Positions 40,412 through 48,382 of a DNA stretch of 64,000 bases are shown piece by piece. Made by a program: the position numbers and the translations under genes. Where the stretch lies: assembly GCA_006226685.1 (NCBI GenBank), contig SBGG01000076.1:5111-69110 (forward strand). The letters are read 5' to 3'. Within the stretch, counting starts at the first letter, position 1. Every line of letters starts with the position of its first letter. The stretch is from Sphingomonadales bacterium. Its GTDB lineage: Bacteria; Pseudomonadota; Alphaproteobacteria; Sphingomonadales; Sphingomonadaceae. The notes beneath the pieces are model-generated. The model saw nothing but the letters and a program-made list of their open reading frames with translations. It did not search any database and was not told the DNA's origin.

Positions 40412-41107
40412 ATGGGTGAATGCGAAACCGGCTGGAGTGTCACGCCGCCTGTGGTGCCGGGCCTTGCCGTGGAGGGAAGCGATGCCCGTTTCCCGGTCGG
40501 CCGGATATTCTGCGTCGGCCGCAATTATGCCGACCATGCGCTCGAAATGGGTGCGGACCCGGTACGGGAACCTCCGTTCTTCTTCATGAAGCAGTCCAGC
40601 GCGTTGCTGACCGATGGGGCGGCCTTGCCCTATCCGCCGCGCACGGCCTCCCTGCATCACGAGGTCGAACTGGTTGTTGCGATCGGCACGGGCGGTTCGG
40701 GGATCGCTCCGGCGGACGCGCTTGATCATATATTCGGCTATGCGGTCGGTATCGACATGACCCGCCGCGACTTGCAGGACGAAGCGAAGGCGAAGCGCAG
40801 GCCGTGGGATGTCGCCAAGAGCTTTGACGGCGCCGCGCCCGTGGGGGTGATCGTGCCGGGACGGACTATGGCAGGCGACATCGGGATCAGCCTCAGTGTC
40901 GACGGCGCGGTGCGCCAGACAGGCAAGTTGGGGGCGATGATCTGGTCCGTGCCGGAAATCATCGCCGAACTGTCCACCTATCAGGCGCTTCTGCCCGGCG
41001 ACCTGATCTTCACCGGCACGCCAGCGGGTGTCGGCGCGGTCGAAGCCGGGCAGGTCATGCACGCCGAAATCGAAACCTTGCCATCGCTTTCCGTCCGCGT
41101 CGCCTGA
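40412..41107 (+). CDS. Fumarylacetoacetate hydrolase (FAH) family protein (fumarylpyruvate hydrolase / oxaloacetate decarboxylase-like)
   Basis: 231 aa with RIFCVGRNYADHALEMG, FFFMKQSSAL, HHEVELVVAIG and GDLIFTGTPAGVG. The RBS AAGGAGGA is strong. Confidence 0.88.
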   Translation: MGECETGWSVTPPVVPGLAVEGSDARFPVGRIFCVGRNYADHALEMGADPVREPPFFFMKQSSALLTDGAALPYPPRTASLHHEVELVVAIGTGGSGIAPADALDHIFGYAVGIDMTRRDLQDEAKAKRRPWDVAKSFDGAAPVGVIVPGRTMAGDIGISLSVDGAVRQTGKLGAMIWSVPEIIAELSTYQALLPGDLIFTGTPAGVGAVEAGQVMHAEIETLPSLSVRVA

Positions 41108-41156
41108 CGGCGTAACGCGGGAAAACGGGTCATGGCATTGCCTTGGAAATTTTTAA

Positions 41157-41178
41157 TGCATACCGTATTCAGAATGCA
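41157..41178. promoter_or_regulatory. Operator-like hexamer array S4 (TGCATAC-c-GTATTC-a-GAATGC) between the FAH and aldehyde dehydrogenase genes
   Basis: It matches the 15-bp palindrome TGCATACNGTATGCA at 14 of 15 positions and carries one additional degenerate hexamer. Confidence 0.45.
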
Positions 41179-41205
41179 ATTGATCGTGAAGGCAGGCATA
41201 GCATC

Positions 41206-42690
41206 ATGACCATGGCCGATGCCCGCGAGGAGATAGGCCGGGAAATGGCGGCGCTGCGGCAGCCCCATTTTCGCGAGCAGGCCTATGTCGATGGCCGTTG
41301 GATCGGCGGTGGCGGCGCTCGTCTGCCTGTCTTCAACCCCGCAGATGGCAGCCTGATCGGCACGGTTCCTGCCTTGACCGGCGAGCATGTCGAGGAAGCC
41401 ATTACTGGCGCCCGGCGCGCATTGGCGGACTGGCGGGGATTATTACCGCGTCAGCGTGCCGATATCCTGCTGTGCTGGCATGAACTGATTCTGCGCGATA
41501 CCGATATATTGGCCGCACTGATGACGATGGAGCAGGGCAAGCCGTTCGAGGATGCTCGCGGCGAAATATTCTACGGCGCCGGCTTTGTTCGCTGGTTTGC
41601 CGAGGAGGCGGGCCGCACCTATGGCGAGGTGGTGCCGCCGCATCTGCCCGACCGAAAGATGTTCGTGCAGAAGGAGCCGCTGGGCGTGGTGGCGCTCATC
41701 ACGCCGTGGAATTTCCCGTCGGCGATGCTGACGCGCAAGGCCGCCGCCGCGCTGGCGGCCGGATGCACGGCCATTGCTGTGCCGTCGATGGAAACACCCT
41801 ATTCGGCGCTTGCGCTTGCCGTGCTGGCCGAGGAGGCCGGCATTCCGCCCGGTGTATTCTCGGTGCTGACCGGTGATCCGGAAACGCTGGTCAACCCGTT
41901 GTGCGACAGCGCGGTGGTGCGCGGCCTGTCCTTCACCGGATCGACGGCGATCGGCCGTCTGCTGCTGGCGCGGTGCGCGCCGACGGTGAAGCGGGTGTCG
42001 CTGGAACTGGGGGGGCATGCTCCGTTTCTACTGTTCCCGGATTGCGACATCGAACTGGCGGCCGAGGCGGCAGTGGCGGCCAAGTTTCAGACATCGGGTC
42101 AGGATTGCCTCGCCGCGAACCGCATCTATGTGCATGAAAGTATCAGCGACGCATTTGCCGAGGCCTTCGCCCGGCGTGCCAACGCGCTGACGGTGGCGCC
42201 GGGCTTTGCGCCTGAGGCGGAGCTGGGGCCGCTCATCAACGAACGTGCCGTGGCCAAGGCGATCGAGCATATCGAAGATGCGCTGGAGAAGGGCGCGCGG
42301 CTGGTTGCCGGCGGCGGGCGGCACGCGCGCGGCGGCCTTTTCTTCGCGCCGACCGTGCTGACCGACGTCGTTGCATCGATGAAGATCGCGCAGGAGGAAA
42401 CCTTTGGCCCGGTCGCGGCGATCCTTTCCTTCAGCGATGAGGAGGAGGTTATCCGCGCCGCCAATGACAGCGAATATGGCCTTGCCGCCTATGTGTTCAC
42501 CCGCGATGTCGCGCGGGCGTGGCGGGTCACGGATGCGCTCGAATATGGGATGGTCGCGGTCAACACCGTGAAGCTGACCGGGCCGCCCATTCCTTTTGGC
42601 GGAATCAAGCAATCGGGTCTGGGCCGCGAGGGTTCGCGCCATGGCATCGATGAATATCTGGAACAGAAATATGTGTGCATGGGGCTGTAA
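41206..42690 (+). CDS. NAD(P)+-dependent aldehyde dehydrogenase (succinate-semialdehyde dehydrogenase-like)
   Basis: ALDH blocks ITPWNFP, LELGGHAP (catalytic Glu), FQTSGQDCLAANR (catalytic Cys) and EETFGPV. Start taken at ATG 41206; the ORF-track start at 41143 is TTG and would run through the operator. Confidence 0.9.
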   Translation: MTMADAREEIGREMAALRQPHFREQAYVDGRWIGGGGARLPVFNPADGSLIGTVPALTGEHVEEAITGARRALADWRGLLPRQRADILLCWHELILRDTDILAALMTMEQGKPFEDARGEIFYGAGFVRWFAEEAGRTYGEVVPPHLPDRKMFVQKEPLGVVALITPWNFPSAMLTRKAAAALAAGCTAIAVPSMETPYSALALAVLAEEAGIPPGVFSVLTGDPETLVNPLCDSAVVRGLSFTGSTAIGRLLLARCAPTVKRVSLELGGHAPFLLFPDCDIELAAEAAVAAKFQTSGQDCLAANRIYVHESISDAFAEAFARRANALTVAPGFAPEAELGPLINERAVAKAIEHIEDALEKGARLVAGGGRHARGGLFFAPTVLTDVVASMKIAQEETFGPVAAILSFSDEEEVIRAANDSEYGLAAYVFTRDVARAWRVTDALEYGMVAVNTVKLTGPPIPFGGIKQSGLGREGSRHGIDEYLEQKYVCMGL

Positions 42691-42721
42691 GCCGCCGTGC
42701 CGGCCGGGGAGTTGATCGAAC

Positions 42722-44348
42722 ATGAGTAAGAAGAAAGTGGCGACGGCTGTTGTCGAGGCACTGCGGAATATGGGGGTGCGCCATGTCTTTGGTGTGCCGA
42801 GCGGCGGCTGGGTCGATTATATGGAGGCATTGCGGACCACGGACGGCATTGATTTCATCCTCGCGACGCATGAGGGCGGCGCGGGCATGATGGCCGATGT
42901 CTGTGGGCGCCTGACCGGTGTGCCGGGGGGTTTGCTTCGGTACTTTCGGGCCGGGGGCGACCAACCTTGCCACCGGTGTCGGCGAGGCGTTGCTCGATCG
43001 TTCGCCGATGATCGCCTTTTCCGATGAAATGCCGGAGGCGATGCGGTCGCGCGTGACGCAGATGGGGATCGACCATCAGGCGCTGTTCGCACCGCTCACC
43101 AAGAAGACGACGCGGCTGCGCGCCGATGCGGTCGAAGGGATATTGAGCGATGCGGCGCGGGTGGCGCTGTCCGGTCGGCCCGGCCCGGTTCATGTGGGTC
43201 TTCCGGTCGGCCTGTCCGCCGAGGAATCGACCGGGCCTGCGGTGCCCATGGCCGGTGCGGACATGGTGCCGGGCGCGGATCCGGCGTTGTTGCAACAGGC
43301 CGTGGCCCGGCTGGAAGCGGCGGAGCGGCCGGTGCTCGCGGTCGGCCTCGGTGCGGTTCAGGCCGGAGTGGGCGACAAGGTGCGTGCGCTGGCCGAAAAG
43401 TTCGGTCTTCCCGTCGTCCTGACGCCGATGGCCAAGGGCATGGTGCAGGAGGATCACCCTTGTTACGCCGGGGTGTTGTTCCATGCACTGAGCAACATGG
43501 TCGGGGAAACCCACAGCCAGGCGGATCTGGTGATTGCGGTCGGTTATGATCCGGTCGAGTTTAATTTTGAAGCCTGGATGCCGCAGGCGCCCCTGCTCAA
43601 CCTCGATATCGTCGATGCCGACATCGACCGCACCGAATATCCCGATGTGGTCGATGTTACCGGCGATATATCGGCCTCGCTCGATGCGCTGCTCGGGGCC
43701 GGGGGAATGAAGAAGCAGTGGGATCTGGAGGCGCTGGCCCGGCGCCGTGCCGCGATGTTCGCCAAAATGGCGCCGGACAATGAACGGCTCGGGCCGACAA
43801 AGGTACTGTCGATCTTGCGCGATGTCCTGCCCGAAGAGGGCATCATGGCCTGCGATGTCGGCGCGCATACCCATTTGATCGGGCAGTTGTGGCGCACCCC
43901 CGCACCGAAGCGGCAGCTCATGACCAATGGCTGGTCGACCATGGGGTTCGGCATCCCGGCGGCTATCGCGGCGAAGCTGTGCCGCCCGGATGTGCCGGTA
44001 TGCGCGGTTGTCGGTGACGGCGGTTTCCTGATGACCGTGGGCGAACTGGCCACGGCCGTCCGCTACAAGGTGCCGGTCGTGATTTTGTTGCTGACCGACA
44101 ATGATCTCGCGCTGATCCGCATCAAGCAGGAAAAGAAGGGCAACCCGATTTACGGGACGCCGGTACGGCCGGAAGGCGCAATCGGCGGTGACAATATGTT
44201 CGGTGTCCCGGTTCGTTCGGTGCGGGATGCGGATGCGTTGCGACAGGCGTTGACCGAGGCCTTTGCAAGCGACGGGCCGACAATCGTCGAGGCGATCGTG
44301 GACAGTCGCGAATATGACGGGCTGGTCCTGAAAAAAGATAAGGACTGA
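42722..44348 (+). pseudogene. Thiamine-diphosphate-dependent enzyme (acetolactate synthase large-subunit-like), interrupted by a +1 frameshift in a G6 run
   Basis: The N-terminal ThDP domain is split between ORF 42722..43027 (VFGVPSGG...ILATHEGGAGMMADVCGRLTGVPG) and ORF 42918..44348 (VCFGTFGPGATNLATGVGEALLDRSPMIAFS...). Removing one G from GGGGGG (42925-42930) gives the continuous sequence RLTGVPGVCFGTFGPGATN. The C-terminal ThDP motif is GDGGFLMTVGELATAVRYKVPVVILLLTDN. Confidence 0.8.
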
Positions 44349-44510
44349 CCGACTTTGCGGGCTGGTCGCGGCAGGAAGCGCGGCCGGCCCGTTTCACATG
44401 GCGGCAGGGACGAAGCGGTGCGCTACCGGAAGATGGCGCGGACGACCGGCAGAATAATAATGGCGGCGTTACAGAATCCCGCTTGCGGCCACTTTCTTTT
44501 TGTGATCCAT

Positions 44511-44525
44511 TGTATGCAGTACACA
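44511..44525. promoter_or_regulatory. Degenerate operator-like site S5 (GTATGC-a-GTACAC) upstream of the TBDR gene
   Basis: One perfect hexamer and one 4/6 hexamer lie about 50 nt upstream of the TBDR ATG. The match is weak. Confidence 0.25.
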
Positions 44526-44575
44526 TAACGGAGGACGCATAAGAAAGATAATATTAGCAAGAAGGGGACGTGGGA

Positions 44576-46945
44576 ATGACATATCCGAATCAAGCAACAG
44601 GCCGCGCGACGGCCCGAAAAGGAAGTGCCTGCATCAAATCCGCCCTGCTGGCCGGTGCCCTGTTCATGCCGCCCATGTCGGCGGCCTGGGCGCAGGGAGC
44701 CTCTCAGGGTGATGGAGAAATCGTCGTTACGGCCAACCGGCGCGGGGAACAGACCCTGCTGGATGTTCCGCTGGCCATCGATGCCTATTCCGGCAAGACC
44801 CTGTCGGACTATAAGATCAATTCCGTTCAGGATCTGACCAAGCTGACGCCTTCGCTCAACGTCGTCAATCTGGGCGCCACCCAGCAGCAGATCGTGGTGC
44901 GCGGTATTTCGTCCAGCGTTGGCGCCACCACTGGCGTCTATATCGATGAGGCGCCCCTCATCGGCCCCTTCAACGGCAATGTCGCAGGCGACGGCACGCC
45001 CAGCCTTCGCCTGATCGACGTGGATCATGTCGAGGTGCTCAAAGGGCCGCAGGGCACCCTGTTCGGTGCGGGGTCCATGGCCGGCACGTTGCGCGCGGTT
45101 CTGAACAAGCCTGACCTGACGAAAGTCGAAGGCGCTGCCGATGCCTCCTGGGCGGCGGTCAAGGGAGGGGATCCGCTCTTCAAGGGATCGGCGGTCGTCA
45201 ACCTGCCGGTCGTGGCCGATACACTCGGTGTTCGCGTCGTCGGCTGGACCGAGCAGGGCGGCGGCTATATCGACAAGCAGTTCGTTACCGGCGTTCGCGA
45301 CAAGAACAGCAACGACCTCAACCTTTATGGCGGCCGCATCATGGCGCGCTGGCAGGCTTCCGAGGATCTGACGATCGACCTGGCCGCCAATTATCAGCGG
45401 ATCAAGGTGGGCGGGCCGCAATATGTGACGGAATCGGTCGGCTATCAGGCAACGCCCCCCAATCAGGGCCGTTATGCCAATTTCGACCCCGTGGCCGAAC
45501 GGTATCGCGAAACCTATCAGCTCTATTCGATCGTGGCGGATTATGATGTCGGCGTCGGCAACATCGTTGCCAGCGGCAGCTATGGCCGCAAGACTCTGCT
45601 CGATGTTATCGATACATCCGGTCAGGCCTGCTTCTTTGGGCTGTGCTCTGGAACTTTCGCCTATCCGACCGCCTTTACCAGCAAGATCGGCTTCCGCGAT
45701 TATACGGCGGAACTGCGGTTCTCGTCGAAATTCGACGGTCCGTTCCAGATTGTTGCGGGCGGCTATTATCAGAATGATCGCCGCACCTTTAAAGGCGCGA
45801 CCATTGTAACCGATCTGGATACAGGCACGCTGCCGTGCGACACCTATGCGCAATGCGTGTCCGCCGGGATGGTCCAGCCGGGCTTCGGCAACAATGTCGT
45901 GGTGTTCTCCAATGCCTCGCGGTTTACGGTCAGCCAATATGCATTCTACGCGCAGGCCGACTATCAAATCGTGCCGACCCTGACCGCGACCGTGGGCGCT
46001 CGCTATTTCCACGCGCGCCTCACCGATCAGTTGACGGATGAGCAGGCGGTCTACCCCGATTTCATCTTCGGGGATGTCAGCGTGCCTTCCACCGGCCCCA
46101 AGACCAAGGCCAATCAGAGCCGCCCGACCTTCAACTTCTCGCTGATGTGGAAGCCGGAGAAGGATGTCAGCCTATATGCGCGCGCCGCATCCGGTTTCCG
46201 TATCGGCGGCATCAACAACAGCGCGGCCGTGGCGGAACAGGGCGGGATTTCCATCCCGACCAGTTTCTCGCCCGACAAGCTCTGGAACTATGAGGTCGGC
46301 GCGAAATTCTTCCTGCTCGACCGCGCGGTTTCTTTCGACCTGTCGGCCTATCATATCGACTGGAAGGATCAGCAGCTCAACGGCCTTGCCCAGGGTGTCT
46401 TCAACTATCAGTTGAATGCCGGCCTGACCAAGACGAACGGCTTTGAAATCAGCACGGACATCCGCCCGTTGCAGGGGCTGAGCCTGGGGGGCAGCCTGAC
46501 CTATGTCGATGCCAAGCTGAAATCGGATCTCCCGTCGGACGTGGTGCTGGGCGGTACGCCTGGCATGAATGGCGACCGGGTGCCTTATGTGCCGCGCTGG
46601 TCTTTCTCCGGCCGGGCGCAATATGAGCATCCGCTTTCCGCGACGGTCGACGGCTATCTCCAGACCGATTTCAATTATCGCGGTTCGTCCTATACCCAGT
46701 TCCGCCCGGTTACCGCGGCGGATCAGGTTGCGGGCATCCCGGATAATTATTTCACGCGCATACCGTCCTACTTCCTATGGAATGCGCGTGTCGGCGTTCG
46801 GATCGATCAGGTCGACATCAGTGCCTTCGTGCAGAACATCACCAACAAGTTTGCGGTGGTGGGGGCCAAGGCCGATGCCAATGAGGTGCGCTATTATACC
46901 GCGCAACCGCGCTCGATCGGGCTCAGCCTCTCGACCAAATTCTGA
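44576..46945 (+). CDS. TonB-dependent receptor embedded in the aromatic catabolic cluster
   Basis: The signal peptide ends ...PPMSAAWAQG. TonB-box-like GEIVVTANRR; plug motifs IDEAPLIG and VEVLKGPQGTLFGAGSMAGTL. The barrel ends in a terminal Phe (LSLSTKF). ATG 44576 lies 7 nt after AAGGGGA; GTG 44570 is too close to the RBS. Confidence 0.92.
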   Translation: MTYPNQATGRATARKGSACIKSALLAGALFMPPMSAAWAQGASQGDGEIVVTANRRGEQTLLDVPLAIDAYSGKTLSDYKINSVQDLTKLTPSLNVVNLGATQQQIVVRGISSSVGATTGVYIDEAPLIGPFNGNVAGDGTPSLRLIDVDHVEVLKGPQGTLFGAGSMAGTLRAVLNKPDLTKVEGAADASWAAVKGGDPLFKGSAVVNLPVVADTLGVRVVGWTEQGGGYIDKQFVTGVRDKNSNDLNLYGGRIMARWQASEDLTIDLAANYQRIKVGGPQYVTESVGYQATPPNQGRYANFDPVAERYRETYQLYSIVADYDVGVGNIVASGSYGRKTLLDVIDTSGQACFFGLCSGTFAYPTAFTSKIGFRDYTAELRFSSKFDGPFQIVAGGYYQNDRRTFKGATIVTDLDTGTLPCDTYAQCVSAGMVQPGFGNNVVVFSNASRFTVSQYAFYAQADYQIVPTLTATVGARYFHARLTDQLTDEQAVYPDFIFGDVSVPSTGPKTKANQSRPTFNFSLMWKPEKDVSLYARAASGFRIGGINNSAAVAEQGGISIPTSFSPDKLWNYEVGAKFFLLDRAVSFDLSAYHIDWKDQQLNGLAQGVFNYQLNAGLTKTNGFEISTDIRPLQGLSLGGSLTYVDAKLKSDLPSDVVLGGTPGMNGDRVPYVPRWSFSGRAQYEHPLSATVDGYLQTDFNYRGSSYTQFRPVTAADQVAGIPDNYFTRIPSYFLWNARVGVRIDQVDISAFVQNITNKFAVVGAKADANEVRYYTAQPRSIGLSLSTKF

Positions 46946-46971
46946 TCTTTCGATCAGGATAGGATTCATGT

Positions 46972-47007
46972 CACGGTCGCGCATCAGGCGCGGCCGTGAT
47001 TTTTTAT
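46972..47007 (+). terminator. Rho-independent terminator of the TBDR gene
   Basis: CACGGTCGCGC-atcag-GCGCGGCCGTG forms an 11-bp stem with one G-U pair. It is followed by ATTTTTTAT and starts 27 nt after the stop codon. Confidence 0.65.
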
Positions 47008-47040
47008 GGCTGCCACGGTGCGGCGATTGTTGCGGACAGG

Positions 47041-47073
47041 AAAAAGGCGACGCGGCCTCTGCGCCGCGTCGCC
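47041..47073 (-). terminator. Rho-independent terminator of the aspartate-dehydrogenase-like gene
   Basis: GGCGACGCGGC-ctctgc-GCCGCGTCGCC forms an 11-bp perfect stem. On the minus strand it is followed by TTTTT (the plus-strand A-run at 47041-47045). Confidence 0.65.
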
Positions 47074-47095
47074 CGATGGCGTTGTCCGGGCGGGA

Positions 47096-47899
47096 TCAGG
47101 ACCCGATTTTGAGCGTGGAGGTCAGCCCCTGAAGCGCGGCGACGACCGACAGGGCGGTAATCCGTCCGGTGCCGGGTTTCTCGATCGAGGGAATATTCTC
47201 GATCTTCAGCTCGAACCGGGCGGAATCCGCATCGACGATGATATTATGGGTGTTGCGTTCAAGCGCGGGGTCGGCCCAGATCTGAAGCCGGGTCTTGTCC
47301 GGTCCGATCCCGGCAAGGGCGAGGGCCGCGGCAACGTTCACATTGGCCGGGAAGCCGCGAGCGCCTTCTCTCGCGCTGCCGTCAAACAGCATCAGCGGTT
47401 CAGTCAGCGCCATCACGTCCACGCCCTGCCGATCGACTTCGGGTGCGCCTTTCAGCGACTTGGGCGGTTTGCGCGTGACCATGGTCACCGAATATATGGT
47501 GCCGTTCGCCGCAGCCCGTACAGCGTCCAGCCCCAGCAGCGCGCCGGTCGCGACGATGATGCGGCCGCCATGGCGACGGGCGAGATCGACCATTTCCATA
47601 TGTTCGATCAGGGCGGCGGCGCTGACGGTCACCACCTGCTTCCCGGCCTCCAGCGCGGGAATGACGGTTTCGAGAAAGGCGGCTGTCGGCGCGCATTCAA
47701 CGATGATGTCGGCGGTATCGGCCAGTTGCTGCGGCGTCAGCACCGGAACGTCGATCCCCATGTCTTTCAGCTTGGCCTGTGCACGGTCGCTGCTGCCGCT
47801 GGTGATGCCGACCAGTTCCATATTCTCAAGGCCTGCCGCGATACGGCGCCCGACCTCGGCGCCGATGGTTCCGAAGCCCGCAATTCCCACTTTAGTCAT
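47096..47899 (-). CDS. L-aspartate dehydrogenase (NadX) family oxidoreductase
   Basis: MTKVGIAGFGTIGAEVGRRI is a Rossmann fold. The C-terminal block GFPANVNVAAALALAGIGPDKTRLQIWADPALERNTHNIIV is typical of the Asp-DH family. ATG 47899 lies 5 nt after AGGAGG; the ORF-track start at 47914 is GTG. Confidence 0.8.
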   Translation of the reverse strand: MTKVGIAGFGTIGAEVGRRIAAGLENMELVGITSGSSDRAQAKLKDMGIDVPVLTPQQLADTADIIVECAPTAAFLETVIPALEAGKQVVTVSAAALIEHMEMVDLARRHGGRIIVATGALLGLDAVRAAANGTIYSVTMVTRKPPKSLKGAPEVDRQGVDVMALTEPLMLFDGSAREGARGFPANVNVAAALALAGIGPDKTRLQIWADPALERNTHNIIVDADSARFELKIENIPSIEKPGTGRITALSVVAALQGLTSTLKIGS

Positions 47900-47987
47900 T
47901 CCATCCTCCTGCACATGATAGGTAAATCGTCACCCCGGCGGCACCGGATCGGCACCACCGGAAAGGCTCTTGCAGACAGTCTTATAG

Positions 47988-48004
47988 TTGCATACAGTAT
48001 GCAA
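47988..48004. promoter_or_regulatory. Operator S6: perfect 17-bp palindrome TTGCATACAGTATGCAA between the divergent Asp-DH-like and ferredoxin genes
   Basis: Read directly. The centre TACAGT (47993-47998) lies 17 nt downstream of TTGCAG (47970-47975), the same architecture as S1. Confidence 0.6.
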
Positions 48005-48027
48005 TGTAAGTGCTTAGGGAGAAACAA

Positions 48028-48345
48028 ATGACGACGCTCACTCTTGTGTGCAAAACATCGGAGGTGCCTGAAAACGGGGTAAAACAAATATCCATTCCCG
48101 GTTTCGATGAGGAATTTGCCGTTTATCATCTGGATGGCGAGTATTTCGTGACGGACGACATGTGCACTCATGGCATGGTATCGCTGGCCGGCGGCGATAT
48201 CGAGGATGGCCAGATTTTCTGCCCTCTGCATGGCGGAGCATTTGACATCCGTACCGGCAAGGCGACCGAATTGCCCTGCCGCGTGAAGCTGAAAACCTAT
48301 GCGGTCGAGGTGAAGGACGACGCGGTTTACGCGGCCCTGTCCTGA
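48028..48345 (+). CDS. Rieske-type [2Fe-2S] ferredoxin (electron carrier for Rieske oxygenases)
   Basis: 105 aa with CTHGMVSLAGG...(16)...CPLHGGAFD. ATG 48028 follows AGGGAG. Confidence 0.88.
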   Translation: MTTLTLVCKTSEVPENGVKQISIPGFDEEFAVYHLDGEYFVTDDMCTHGMVSLAGGDIEDGQIFCPLHGGAFDIRTGKATELPCRVKLKTYAVEVKDDAVYAALS

Positions 48346-48382
48346 ACGGCTGATCCTTTATCGGGTTTGACGGGCCGCAGCA

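Noticed and set aside
42918-44348. Treating the 476-aa ORF (MCRGVCFG...) as an intact, independent ThDP enzyme gene
   Set aside because: It lacks the first ~65 residues of the ThDP N-terminal domain, and those residues are encoded immediately upstream in another frame. The overlap and the G6 run indicate a frameshift rather than two genes.
44423-46012. 529-aa ORF on the minus strand opposite the TBDR gene
   Set aside because: It is antisense to a TBDR with a clear signal peptide, plug and barrel. The translation has no motifs, and its start region runs through the operator/promoter DNA. It is a shadow ORF.
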